Shown here one piece after another: positions 1 to 11,595 of a DNA stretch of 64,000 nucleotides (positions are counted from its first letter, which is position 1; each line of letters begins with the position of its first letter). The stretch spans positions 15,872,001-15,936,000 of the forward strand of contig JBHGNT010000001.1 in assembly GCA_043228905.1 (NCBI GenBank). Direction: 5' to 3'. The stretch comes from Azolla caroliniana (taxonomy: Eukaryota > Plantae > Polypodiophyta). A program made the translations under genes and the position numbers. A model generated the notes under the pieces. It was not told the DNA's origin, did no database searches, and saw only the letters and a program-made list of their open reading frames with translations.

Positions 1-3000
1 AATTGAGTACTTGAGTCGGAATGGAGGCTTCTGAACCGGAAAGCCGTTGCAACCATTCGGCAATACGTAGACGTGAGCGTTCTACAACATGTGGCGAACG
101 ACACCAACGCATATGAGATGTGGCGGAAGCTGTCGGGCCTCTACGAGAGGAAGAATGCGTTGAACCGGACCTCCCTGATGAGGAAGATAGTGAACCTCAA
201 GTACCGGGACGGCGAGAGTATGGTGGAACACGTAAGCACGTTCATGGGATTCGTGAACCAGCTTGCGGCGATCAAGTTCCCGCTGGAGAATGCAATGCAA
301 GCCATCATTCTGATGTGTACATTGCCGGAAAGCTGGGAGAACTTGGTGGTGACTCTCAGCACCTCCTGCACCGAAGATAACTTGTCCCTACAAACGGTAA
401 AGACAAGTATTTTGAACGAAGAAGCGCGTCGGAGAGATAAAGAACCGGCCTCCGATCCGAAGATGTTGTTTACCGAATCGGAACGGGGAAGACAATGGAA
501 CCGGAGTCCGCAAAGACGGGAGAAGTCGGGGACCCGGTCGCAGTCAAGAGGAAGACCCACGTGCTTCCACTGTGGGAAGCCGGGGCACTTCCGGAAGAAT
601 TGCCGGCATTACCGAAAGGACAACGGAGCCGACGACACCGATTCGAAGAAGTCACCGGAGAGAAACGGTGCATACCGGGGAGCCACGGACCGGAATGGTT
701 TGGATCGGCGAGGGCAGGACCGGAAAGGAACGACGGCACTCGCGGCAAGTGAAGAGGAGATCATGCTCATCACCGAAGAAGGTGAACTAAACATTGCCGG
801 CGATGAGACTACCTGGGTGGTAGATTCCGGAGCGTCGTTCCACCTGACCCCGGAAAGAAGATACTTCTCATCCTACGCAGCCGGTGAGCATGGCTGTGTT
901 CGGATGGGAAATGAAGGTACGTGCCGGATTGCCGGCATAGGAGACGTGTGGTTGACGACCCCGACCGGATGCAAAATGCTGCTGAAGGATGTCTGACACG
1001 TTCCGGAAGTTCGATTGAACCTGATTTCGGCCGGGAGGCTAGACGATGAAGGCTACACAGGTAGCATCCGGAACAGCGTAATGAAGTTCAGCAAGGGGAG
1101 CCTGATAGTGGCTCGGGCCCGGAAAGTCAACACACTGTACCTTATGAATGCCTGGTTGTGTCCGGAAGAGTTGAACGTGGCAGCCGACACTGCCGGTGAG
1201 CTGTGGCACAAGAGACTGTGCCACATGAGTGAGAAGGGGATGAAGAGGCTTGCAGAAGACAACCTTATTCCAGTGAAGCATGTGCACCTGGAGAAGTGCA
1301 CCGATTGCCTGGCCGGTAAGCAGAACCGAACCTCCTTCCACTCAAGGCCACCGACGAGACGTAGCGCACCATTGGAGTTGGTGCATACTGATGTTTGTCA
1401 GGTAGAAACGAAGTCACATGGCGGAGCCCAGTACTTCGTGACATTCATTGATGATCACAGCCGGAAGCTGTGGACGGCACCGTTGAAGACAAAGGACCAA
1501 GTGTTGTCCGTCTTCAAAGAACTCCACGCGAGAGTGGAAAGAGAATCCGGCAAGAAGCTGAAAGCGATACGAGCGGATAACGGAGGGGAATACCGGGGGC
1601 AGTTCGCGGAGTACTGTCGCTCGAAAGGAATCCGGCTCGAGTTTACTGTGCCGAAGACGCCGGAACTGAACGGGCTGGCCGAGAGGATGAACCGGACCAT
1701 AATGGAGAGGGTCCGGAGTATACTGGCGCATGCGGAATTACCCAAGGGGTTTTGGGCTGAGGCGATGTCGACGGCGACATACGTGATAAACAGATCACCC
1801 TCAGTACCTTTGGACGGAGACACGCCGCAGAGAGTGTGGACCGGTAGGGAAGTATCCTACCGGCATCTGAAGGTGTTCGGGTGTCTCGCATACGTGCATG
1901 TGGCAAAGGACCGGAGAGGAAAGCTAGATCCAAAGACCCGGCCATGCATATTCCTCGGTTACGGCGATGACGAGTTCGGCTACCGAGTATGGGACCCGGT
2001 CGACAAGAAGATATTCCGGAGTCGTGATATCATCTTCATGGAGAACAAGACACTCGCCGACTGGGAGTCGGAGAAGAAGATGAAGAGCTCCAAGTCGACC
2101 GGTGAGGATCAACTCTACGAGGAGCAGTCCCGACCGGCAAGGGACCGGTTAGCACTCGAGGATCCGGCCGAAGACGGTGAAGAAACAGAACCGGCCGAAG
2201 AAGATGAAAATGATACCGGAACCGGCCCCGATCCCGAAATGGATTCGGATGAAGAAGAATCGGAAGAACCGGTTACCGAAGCTCCGGAACGGAGATATCC
2301 TCTAAGAGAGAGAAGGGCCCCCCGGAGATTTCCGGAACCAGAGCACGTGCTGCTAACCGACGAGGGGGAGCCGGAGAGCTTTGAAGAAGCAAAGCATGAC
2401 ACCCAGAGCCGCAGGTGGTTGAGTGCCATGCAGGACGAGATGGATTCCCTGCATGAGAACCACACATATGAACTTGTGGAGTTGCCAAAAGGAAAGCGGG
2501 CACTTCGAAACAAGTGGGTGTTCAAGCTGAAACCGGGAGATGCCGGAAACCCCCCGAGATACAAAGCCAGGATCGTGGTGAAGGGGTTTCAGCAGAAGAA
2601 GGGCGTCGACTTCGACGAGATATTTGCCCCGGTAGTGAAGATGACCTCCATCCGGACGGTGCTGAGCATAGCGGCAAGCATGGACCTCGAGGTAGAACAG
2701 ATGGATGTGAAGACGGCATTCCTTCACGGTGACCTCGAAGAAGAGATCTACATGCAGCAACCGGAAGGATTCGAGAAGAAAGGGAAGGAGCACCTGGTAT
2801 GCCGGTTGAAGAAGAGCCTTTACGGACTGAAGCAGGCTCCCCGGCAATGGTACCGGAAGTTCGACTCCTTCATGACCGACGAAGGGTACCTCAAAACGCA
2901 GTCCGACCACTGCGTGTTTGTGAAGAAGTTCGAAGGAGGAGACTTTCTAATACTCCTCCTGTACGTGGACGACATGTTGATCGTCGGACGGGACCAGGTC

Positions 3001-3939
3001 AAGATACGGATGCTGAAGAAGGCTCTTCACCGAACCTTCTCAATGAAGGACTTGGGTCCGGCGAGACAAATACTAGGGATGCACATCATCCGGGACCGGA
3101 GCAAGAAGCAGTTGTGGCTGTTACAGGAGAAGTACGTGACAAAGGTGCTTAAATGGTTCAACATGTCGGAAGCAAGACCGGTCGGATCGACCCTCCCGGC
3201 AAACTGCAAGCTGTCCAGCAAGCAAAGCCCCAAGACAAAGGCTGAGAAGGAGGACATGATGAAAGTGCCATATGCCTCTGCCGTCGGAAGCTTGATGTAC
3301 GCAATGGTGTGTACAAGACCGGACATTGGATACGCAGTCGGAGTGGTGAGTCGGTACATGAGCAATCCCGGCAAAGAGCATTGGAACGCGGCCAAGTGGA
3401 TACTCCGATACCTGAAGGGCACGGCAAACGTGTGCCTCCGATTCGGCTCCGGTAAGCCCGAACTTGACGGTTTTACCGATTCGGATATGTCGGCTGATGC
3501 AGATACCAATCGGTCCACATCCGGGTATGTGATGACCTATGCAGGGGGAGCCGTTTCGTGGCAGTCGAGGCTGCAGAAGACGGTTGCGTTGTCAACCACG
3601 GAGGCGGAGTACATGGCAGCTGTTGAAGCCGGCAAGGAAATAATATGGATGAAGGACTTCATTAGAGAGCTCGGGATCCGGCAGGAGGAGTACCGACTCT
3701 ACTGCGATAGTCAGAGTGCCATCCACCTTGCAAAGAACGCGGCCTACCATTCCCGGACGAAACACATCCAGCGTAGATACCACTGGATCCGGGAAAGGAT
3801 AGAAGACAAGGAGTTCGTGCTGACGAAGATCCACACGGACGAGAACGGGTCGGATATGCTGACCAAGGTGCTCACACCCGACAAGCTGGAAGCATGCCGG
3901 AAGAGGATCGGATTGGAGAGACATCCCATGCCGAAGTGA
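1..3939 (+). mobile_element. Ty1/copia retrotransposon (family A) gag-pol, nearly intact; 5' end lies outside the window
   Basis: ORFs 73-996 and 1015-3939 are in the same frame, separated by TGA at 994-996 (DV*HVPEV, likely CGA>TGA); another in-frame TGA at 4-6. Domains in copia order: gag, zinc knuckle CFHCGKPGHFRKNC, protease WVVDSGAS, GAG-pre-integrase LWHKRLCH, integrase (LVHTDVC..ADNGGEY..NGLAERMNRT), RT (QMDVKTAFLHG, LLYVDDM), RNase H (DSDMSAD..STTEAEY..DMLTK). Confidence 0.97.
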
Positions 3940-3949
3940 AGGGGGAGTT

Positions 3950-4553
3950 TGTTGGGATTACGGTCCCTTTCGGATGGGATGGTCGGATGTCGGAGATGAA
4001 TGCCGACAAGCCCGGTTTCGGTTTCGGAACCGGATGATGAAGACCCCGGTTTCGGAGCCGGATGACGAATGTACCCGGAGAGAGATCCGGATGCGGGGAC
4101 ATATCTGTGAATATGTTTGCCAAGGGCCCTTGAGGCTATAGTTGTAAATAGCCCCAAAGTCATATGTGTATAAATATGACTTAGGGCAAACAGTTTTAAT
4201 GTTGCTACTCATTTTTCTGTTTTTCCACTTAAGAGGAGTGAAGAGAGAGCAGCCGTGAGAGAGATAGAGCGTGAGAGAGGAAGAGGTCGACGCCTCTGTG
4301 TATTTCCGCCGCCTGTGGCGAGGACAGCGAGCTCAAGGTCGTCGCCTTGCAGCTCGCCATTGTATACTTCTCTGTGCATAGTTTTGCTTCGGAGTCTTGT
4401 GCTCCCGTGGTTTTTCCCGTACAGGGTTTTCCACGTTAAATCGTGTGTCCACTCTATCTTTCGCATTTCCCATTTTCTGCAACAATGATTCGTGTGTTTT
4501 CCTTGGTTGTGGCCGAGAGGTGAAGTTTGGAAAGTTTCGATTAATTTCCATCA
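3950..4553 (+). repeat. 3' LTR of copia family A, preceded by PPT gaagggggag (3938-3947)
   Basis: PPT followed by TGTTGG; ends at ...ttccatCA; TATA-like tataaat near 4168; homologous to the LTR of the second family A copy at 37867-38377. Right boundary approximate. Confidence 0.8.
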
Positions 4554-4697
4554 AAGAGGACTTGTATAAATAGTGCTACTTAGCACAGTGTGTAGACAGA
4601 GTCTTTATATAATTTTGAAATTGTGTTCTGCTCTCTCTCTCTCTCTCTGTGTGTGTGTTGTTCTCTGTTTTACGCTTCCGCGAACACTTACATTCAC
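4554..4697 (+). repeat. Partial LTR of copia family B (insertion target of the family A element)
   Basis: gaggacttgtataaatagtgct...agcaca matches the reverse complement of the LTR at 50696-51174 and resembles the LTR at 57876-58325. Confidence 0.6.
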
Positions 4698-5228
4698 AAT
4701 TAGGTACAAAGGTATATCCTAGGTAGTTAGATTCGGTAGGTAGGAAGTTAATGAGGGAAACGGCTCCCTTCTCGAAGCTATGAAAGAGAGGGAGACGCGG
4801 GGAGAGAGGGATCGCGCATTGAGGAGGACGAAGTGTTGTCGGACGGAAACCGAACGCTTCTCCTCTGATTCGTTCTCCATCGCTCTTCTCTGCAGGTTTT
4901 CGGGAGGCTCGCGCTGCTTCGAGGAACACCCGTGTGCTTCTGGCAGCACCTCCATCCTATCCCCTTTCGTGCGCAGACGAACAAGCATCGGCATCTGTTC
5001 GCCGGCCTATTCGGTTGTAACCGCTCGTGTGCTCTGTTGTTTATTTGTCATTCGTTAATATACAAACATTCGTGTCTTCTGCGTTGACGGGCCATGTCCC
5101 TGTGTTTCTTTGCTCATACGTAACCGGGCGCCTCTCTCTTTCTCTTTCCCCTTCTATCACCTGCTCTTCGGTTCAAGACCCCGGTGGTCCCGCCTCGTTT
5201 CTCCACGCACGCACGTAGTAACGCGACA
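4698..5228 (+). repeat. 5' LTR of gypsy element (5'-truncated)
   Basis: Matches 11065-11595 with roughly 17 substitutions by hand count, mostly transitions. Confidence 0.95.
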
Positions 5229-5232
5229 TCTT

Positions 5233-5250
5233 TGGTGAACCCGACGTGAA
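5233..5250 (+). promoter_or_regulatory. Primer binding site complementary to the tRNA-Trp 3' end
   Basis: tggtgaacccgacgtgaa is the reverse complement of ...TTCACGTCGGGTTCACCA, the plant cytosolic tRNA-Trp 3' end as I recall it; it lies 4 nt after the LTR. Confidence 0.85.
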
Positions 5251-7400
5251 CAAGGCGGTAGAGGAGCAGAAGATGAGGGGGTCAGATCTTGCAGAGGCCA
5301 TGGCTTCGGCCGTGGACCGGATAGTGAGCTCCAGCGAGGGCACCGACGCCCTTGACAAGGCTATTGAGGCGATCGTCGGTACGATCAGCCGGTTCAGTGG
5401 AAAGGATGCCACGAGTTATTTGGCGTCCTACCGGGCGGAGATGTTGATGAGGGATATTCCGGAAGAGAGGTGTCTTGCCGGATTCCCTCGAGTGGCGATG
5501 TCGGGCATCCATGCGGAGGTGCTCGAGGTCCGGGCGGAGAGCCGGACCTGGGAGGAGTTCGAAGGACGGCTCCTGGAGAAATACGGGCTGGATGACGCGC
5601 TTCGACTTTTGAAGCGGGGCTTCATGGAGTGGGTGGAGTCCCCCAACAAAGGAAGAAATGCGTCGGTACTCCTCCGGGAGTTTGAGGAACGCTTTGCGCG
5701 CCTTTCGGCGCTCGATCGGACCGTTCTGGACACAAGTCGTGTCCTACTTTTTGTCAAATCGGTTGACGCACGGGATCGGGAGCAAGTGGGCTCCTTACTG
5801 GAAACCGAAGACGGGCTGACAGCCGACTGGGCCGCGGTAAAAGGAGTCTGCAGCCGTTTTGACAAACGGTGGGAATGGGCTGATACAGGGGCGACCGGGG
5901 CGGGTCCTGTCGCAGCAAGGAAGCTCGAACCGATACCATAGGCGCGAAGGAATGAGACCCGGGAGTGGCTCGAAACCGGTTCGGCTTCGACCGGCGTGGT
6001 CAGAGGCTCGTCCGGGGGAACAACTTTGGAGGAGTTGACACGGGCGGTAAAGAATCTCCAGATCGCCCAGGCTCAGAGGGAAGGCGGCGAACAAGCTCGT
6101 GACCGACGGCCTCCAGCAGGAAATAGGTGCATGTGGTGCGACGAGGTCGGCCACATCCGGAAAGACTGCGGGGACTTTGCGGAGGCTTTGAGAAGCCGGG
6201 TAGTGTACCTGTGGGAAGGTCGGGTGCACGCCAGCAATACCCGGAGGGCCCTGAACCGAAACGACGGGCGAGGAGGAATGAAAAGGCTGATGGAAGAGGC
6301 GGCGGCCCGGCACGCGGAAACCGTCCACTACTCGGCGTCAGCCGGTATTCGGGTCGAGGGCAGCGAGGCCCGGAAGGAGAGCAAAGCCGGGTTCTGGCCG
6401 ACGATGCTGGAAGGCCTCGCCGGTGCCCGACTAAGGAAAGACGAGGCGGACCGCGCGGAGAAGCGGGTCCAGGAGGTAACCGGGTGGAGTGACCCGGTCG
6501 AAGAAAAGACGGGTTTCGTCGAAGCAGCTTGCCAGAACTACGAGGCTCTGGTTGAAGACAAATGGGTAGGTAAAACCAGAGGGGGCGGACCCTCATAGAG
6601 ATACGAAACCCGATTCGGGCCGAAACGGAACGAGGCCGGTGAGACCAGTGCCCGGGATAACCACAAAAAGGGCGGATACCGGTTGGGCACGGAGATCAAA
6701 AGGACCATGGACCTACGAAAGGTCCTGGAAGAACGAGTCCTCGACAGCAAGGTGGAACTGTCGTTGCTGGAGGTGCTCGGAATCGCCAAGAAGGAGTTCC
6801 ACGACTCCATCGTAGACTTGGTGAAGAGGAAGAGGCTGTCGACGGAGACAGAACCGGAAAGGCCGGTGGAGGTGCGGACGACGCACATAGAGGACATGGC
6901 GCTGAAAGACGAGTGGGCAGAGAGCCACTATTCGAGGCCACACTGGGCCGAGAGCGACCACGGAAACCCCGGTGAACATCGGAGAAGTTCAGGAACCGGT
7001 GGTGGCGTTGGTGGACCACGGTTCAGAAATAAACCTGATGTCCATGGACTTCTACAAGAAGGGGAAATGGCCGATCAACACCAAGCACGGGTGGAAGATA
7101 CGGGTGGCGACGCGCGCAACCGAGGAACTACACGAGGCCTGCCCAAACGTGCGGGTCAAGATCGGCGACGTCGAGATAGACCAGCACTTCTTTGTGTAGG
7201 AGACGTCCTCGCACCCGGTCATACTGGGAGAACCGTACATTACGGCAGCGCGGATGGAGACCAAGGTGCTGGACAACGGGTCGGCTTACGCGAGGGTCAA
7301 GAGTCAGGACGGGCGTCATTCGGTCCAGTTCCTGACGGTGCGACCAAACCACGAGCGAAACCGCAAGTCCCTCGGTGGCGAGAACCGAGAGGATTTTTAG
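5246..7400 (+). pseudogene. Gypsy gag-protease, disrupted
   Basis: Same-frame segments 5246-5941, 5996-6598 and 6683 onward separated by stops; zinc knuckle CMWCDEVGHIRKDC; frameshift near 6950 into the protease frame (ALVDHGSEINLM..VILGEPY), which has a stop at 7197-7199 and ends at TAG 7398-7400. Confidence 0.85.
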
Positions 7401-7675
7401 AGAGGGTTGTCAAGGCGTGGGGCCGCGAGAGTCCGGACACTCCGGGAAAACCCCACAAATGTACGATAGAGGCGAAACCGAAGAAACCTTGTACCATAAG
7501 TAGGAAGTTTTGTTTCTCCGACAATGGAGGGTGTACGATAGTCGGCGTCATTGGCCGAGAAAAGACAAGGGCGGAAGAGCGACTTCAGGCGTGCAGAGTT
7601 CTCGAACCCAGCGAGGAAATCAACGAAGCTGTGGAGGCGGTCTCCTTCGACGATACCTTGGGAATACTGTGAGAG

Positions 7676-10600
7676 GTGGTCGGAGAGGGCCTTAAAGAGG
7701 ACCGGATGATACCGGTTTGTTCAGAAGAGATGTACGAAGTCATCGCGGACTTCAGTCGAGGGCTCGAGTCGGATCGGACGGTCCGGGTTAACACGAAGTA
7801 CAAGACTGTGGACCGGAAGGTAAGGCCAGTTGTGGCACCCTTACCGGAGGGCAGCGAGTTGCGAATGAAGGGGGTCGCGTCGGACCCCAGTTTGCGAGAT
7901 CCTACTTACATAGGACACACCTTCACCGACAGAACACTACGGGAGCTCAAAATCGGTGGGGGCGGGTTCCTACTGCCGGCGGAAGAAGACCGGTTTCGGA
8001 GAATGCTCGGAAGGCACGGGAAAGCCTTCGCATTCTCACCGGAAGAGATCGGGTGCGTAGACCCGACAGTCGTGAAGCCGATGGTGATATTCACGGTACC
8101 GCATGTGCCGTGGAATCTCAAACCAATTCCGGTACCGAGAGCTCACATCCCGGAGCTGATGGAGCTGTTGAGGCAAAAAGTCGATATGTGCATCCTCGAA
8201 CCGTCGAGTGCCCCATACTCGAACCGGTGGTTTACCGTACCGAAGAAGAACGGGACGTTGCGCTTCATTCAAGACCTGCAACCGGTCAACAAAGTGACCA
8301 TTCGGAACGCAGGAATCGGACCAACGATAGACGAGTTCGCGGAGGCCTTCGCCGGAAGGTCGATCTACTCGGTCGGTGATATGTACTCGGGGTACGATCA
8401 GTTCCAACTAGCCGTAGAGAGCAGAGACATTACGATGATGTGGACTCCTCTCGGCCTAGTGCGGATGTGTACCCTGCCACAAGGAGGGACAAACTCGGTG
8501 GCCCACATGGTGAATGCGATGAACAAGGTGCTGAGGGATTGTATCCCGGACATCACCATGCCATTCTTGGACGACATCCCGATCAAGGGATGTCCGGTGG
8601 AGAAAAAGGACGAAACGATCGGACCAAATGGATGCCGGAAATTCGTGGCGACACACGTTGACGACTGCGAGAGGGTGCTGCAGAGGCTAGAGGACACGAG
8701 GCTCACCTTCTCCGGGGAGAAATCGGCCTTCGGGCAATCTGAGATCATGGTCGTCGGACATCTACGCGGACCGTATGGCCGGAAACCGTCTCTAGCTAAG
8801 GTGGAAGCCATCTCCGCGATGAAGCCCGACTGTAACTCGGTCACGGAAGTACGGAGGTTCTTGGGAGCATGTGCGTTCTACCACATATGGATCCCACATT
8901 ACGCCCACGTTGCAGAGCGGCTATACGGGTTGTTGAAAAAGGGGCGAAAATTCGAGTGGCGGGACGAGCATACGAAGTCGGTTCGAAAGATGAAGGAGGC
9001 TCTTGCTGCAGCTCCGGCACTCCGGAAGGCTGTCTACGAGAAAGGTACTCCCATCTACATAACGGTAGATACAAGTCCGACCAGGATCGGATGGGTCGTC
9101 AACCAAGAAGATGAGGACAGCATTCAGTTCCCAATCCGGTTCGGCGCGAAGGTCCTCAGCGAGCGACAGCGAGGATATGCCCAGGTTAAACGCGAACTCT
9201 GGGGTATCGTTTCGGCGGTGAAGGCCGATAAAGACTATCTGATCGGGACAGAAGTGATTAACGAGACGGATTGCCTGCCAATTCTCGGCATGGTTTCCGG
9301 ATGCGCAACCCCGGACCTGGCAATGCTCAGGTGGATAGCGTACATCAAGTCCCTGGATCCAGAAATACGACACATTTCCGGGAAAGACAATGTCATGACC
9401 AACATGCTTTCGAGGGCGCGATTTGACAACGAGGGCGGCATGGTTTCGGAGGACGAGGAAGTCGGCGTGGACTTCTTCGAGGCGGTTTACGTAACAACCG
9501 AGGGGGGGAGCACTCCGGCACTTAACGATTTCAACAAGAGCAAGTACGACGGGGAGTGGCTGCAGATTGGGGGATTCTTGAGGACGATGACGTCGGACGC
9601 GTCATGGACAAAGAACGAGGCCAACCAGATCCGGAAGAAAGCATACCGATTCTTTCTCCGGGATGGATACTTGTGGAAGCACCCGAAGAAGAGAAAAGGC
9701 ATCCCACTCCGAGTAGTGGCGATGAAGGAGGAACAGGAGGAGTTGTTGAAGGCCTACCACGACAGCCCCTGGGCTGGACACCGTGGGACGTGGGCCACGT
9801 TCAAGAAACTAAAGGGGAAGTACTGGTGGCCGGGACTGTACCGGGACGTGCATCGGTTCGTGACAACTTGTGAGAGCTGTCAGATACACTCCATAGTCCG
9901 ACATCAGGACGAGCTTCACCCTACATACCCTCCAGCCATCCACTTCAAATGGATGGTAGATTTGGTGACGATGCCGATGGGCGTAGGGCAGATGCGATAT
10001 CTGGTGCTGGCCCGGGAGGACCTGACAAACCAGGTGGAAGGCCGAGCCCTGCAGAACAAAACGACCACGGCCGTGTGTCGGTTCCTGATCGAAGACGTGA
10101 TATGCCGGTACGGGTGCGTCAGGAAGATCGTGGCTGACCGCGGGGAGTTGGACATCGAAGAGGCCGAGGAGTTGTTCGACCGGTTAGGGGTCAAGCTCTC
10201 GCTCACCACAGCGTACAATCCAGAGGCGAACGGGAAGGTGGAGCGCAGACACGGACCAATCGTCAAAGCGCTAGTCCGGGCATGCGGAGGCCAGGTTGGG
10301 AACTGGCCACGACTGTTACCTTATGCCTTGTGGGCGGACCGGACAACGCACAGTTCAGTAACCGGGTTCATGCCGTCAGAGCTCATGTTCGGACAAAAGC
10401 CGATCATGCCGATGGAACGGACAATCTCCTCTTGGGCGACAGTGGACTGGAGAGACGAGATGAGCCGAGAAGAACTGCTAGCGGTGCGTATACGACAGCT
10501 CGAGCGGAGGCCAGAGGACGTGGAACGAGCGGCGGAGAGACTTCGGACGGCGAGGATGAGGAACAAAGCCCGGTTTGATCGAACGCACCGGCTCCGACCA

Positions 10601-10921
10601 AAGAAAATCGAGGAAGGCGACTGGGTGCTAGTCTACGACAGCAGCCTCGACAACCAGCATCGGGCAACACAGAAGTTTGCAAAGCGGTGGTTCGGGCCTT
10701 ACGTGGTAACGAGCACCAACGACAACGAGACGTATCACCTGGCGGAACTCGACGGTACGAGGATGGCGATACCGGTAGCAGGGAAGCGGATCAAAGCGTT
10801 CAAGAAGCGCCACGACGGCGAACCGGATCTAAGAGGCCTGGACAGCGACGACGAACAGTCTGAGACGGAGGACGAACCGATGGATGAGGAACCAGAACCC
10901 GGACCGGTTTTCTCCAACTAG
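7676..10921 (+). CDS. Gypsy pol: reverse transcriptase, RNase H, integrase
   Basis: 1081-aa ORF: RT (LRFIQDLQPVN, TLPQGGTNS, PFLDDIP), RNase H (VDTS..KRELWGIV..ETDC), integrase zinc finger (H..GH..CESC) and core (MVDLV..ADRGE..NGKVER), GPY module (RWFGPY). Confidence 0.95.
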   Translation: MVGEGLKEDRMIPVCSEEMYEVIADFSRGLESDRTVRVNTKYKTVDRKVRPVVAPLPEGSELRMKGVASDPSLRDPTYIGHTFTDRTLRELKIGGGGFLLPAEEDRFRRMLGRHGKAFAFSPEEIGCVDPTVVKPMVIFTVPHVPWNLKPIPVPRAHIPELMELLRQKVDMCILEPSSAPYSNRWFTVPKKNGTLRFIQDLQPVNKVTIRNAGIGPTIDEFAEAFAGRSIYSVGDMYSGYDQFQLAVESRDITMMWTPLGLVRMCTLPQGGTNSVAHMVNAMNKVLRDCIPDITMPFLDDIPIKGCPVEKKDETIGPNGCRKFVATHVDDCERVLQRLEDTRLTFSGEKSAFGQSEIMVVGHLRGPYGRKPSLAKVEAISAMKPDCNSVTEVRRFLGACAFYHIWIPHYAHVAERLYGLLKKGRKFEWRDEHTKSVRKMKEALAAAPALRKAVYEKGTPIYITVDTSPTRIGWVVNQEDEDSIQFPIRFGAKVLSERQRGYAQVKRELWGIVSAVKADKDYLIGTEVINETDCLPILGMVSGCATPDLAMLRWIAYIKSLDPEIRHISGKDNVMTNMLSRARFDNEGGMVSEDEEVGVDFFEAVYVTTEGGSTPALNDFNKSKYDGEWLQIGGFLRTMTSDASWTKNEANQIRKKAYRFFLRDGYLWKHPKKRKGIPLRVVAMKEEQEELLKAYHDSPWAGHRGTWATFKKLKGKYWWPGLYRDVHRFVTTCESCQIHSIVRHQDELHPTYPPAIHFKWMVDLVTMPMGVGQMRYLVLAREDLTNQVEGRALQNKTTTAVCRFLIEDVICRYGCVRKIVADRGELDIEEAEELFDRLGVKLSLTTAYNPEANGKVERRHGPIVKALVRACGGQVGNWPRLLPYALWADRTTHSSVTGFMPSELMFGQKPIMPMERTISSWATVDWRDEMSREELLAVRIRQLERRPEDVERAAERLRTARMRNKARFDRTHRLRPKKIEEGDWVLVYDSSLDNQHRATQKFAKRWFGPYVVTSTNDNETYHLAELDGTRMAIPVAGKRIKAFKKRHDGEPDLRGLDSDDEQSETEDEPMDEEPEPGPVFSN

Positions 10922-10970
10922 AACCCAATTTTGGCGCATACCGGTGGATGCGCGGTTAGGTGGGGGCGGA

Positions 10971-11595
10971 TGTCGTGAAGAAAACCGTCCCTTAGTGCAA
11001 TCGGTGCATAGAGCGCGTGAACCGGCTCTTCACGTGTGCGCGCCCTTTAATGTATATAATAGAGAATTAGGTACAAAGGTATATCCTAGGTAGTTAGATT
11101 CGGTAGGTAGGAAGTTAATGAGGGAAACGGCTCCCTTCTCGAAGCTATAAAAGAGAGGGAGACGCGGGGAGAGAGGGATCGCGCATTGAGGAGGACGAAG
11201 TGTTGTCGGACTGAAACCGAACGCTTCTCCTCTGATTCGTTCTCCATCGCTCTTCTCTGCAGATTTTCGGGAGGCTCGCGCTGCTTCGAGAAACGCCTAT
11301 GTGCTTCCGGCAGCACCTCCATCCTATCCCCTTTCGTGCGCAGACGAACAGGCATCGGCATCTGTTCGCTGGCCTATTTGGTTGTAACCGCTCGCGTGCT
11401 CTGTTGTTTATTTGTCATTCGTTAATATACAAACATTCGTGTCTTCTGCGTTGACGGGCCGTGTCCCTGTGTTTCTTTGCTCATACGTAACCGGGCGCCT
11501 CTCTCTTTCTCTTTCCCCTTCTATCACTTGCTCTTCGGTTCAAGACCCCGGTGGTCCCGCCTCGTTTCTCCACACACGTGCGTAGTAACGCGACA
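10971..11595 (+). repeat. 3' LTR of gypsy element (625 bp)
   Basis: TGTCGTG...CGCGACA termini, directly after the PPT. Confidence 0.95.

Larger units (their letters stand above)
4698..11595 (+). mobile_element. Ty3/gypsy retrotransposon with both LTRs (5' LTR lacks about 94 bp), no chromodomain seen
   Basis: Direct repeats at 4698-5228 and 10971-11595 (TG...CA); PBS at 5233-5250; PPT ggttaggtgggggcgga before 10971; domain order gag-PR-RT-RH-INT. Confidence 0.97.

Noticed and set aside
994-996. Programmed stop-codon readthrough in copia gag-pol
   Set aside because: The TGA replaces the conserved Arg of DVRHVP within the protease region; simple CpG deamination explains it.
82-10917. Many antisense and alternate-frame ORFs over the first copia and gypsy
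   Set aside because: Expected shadow ORFs of GC-rich coding sequence; no independent domain signatures.
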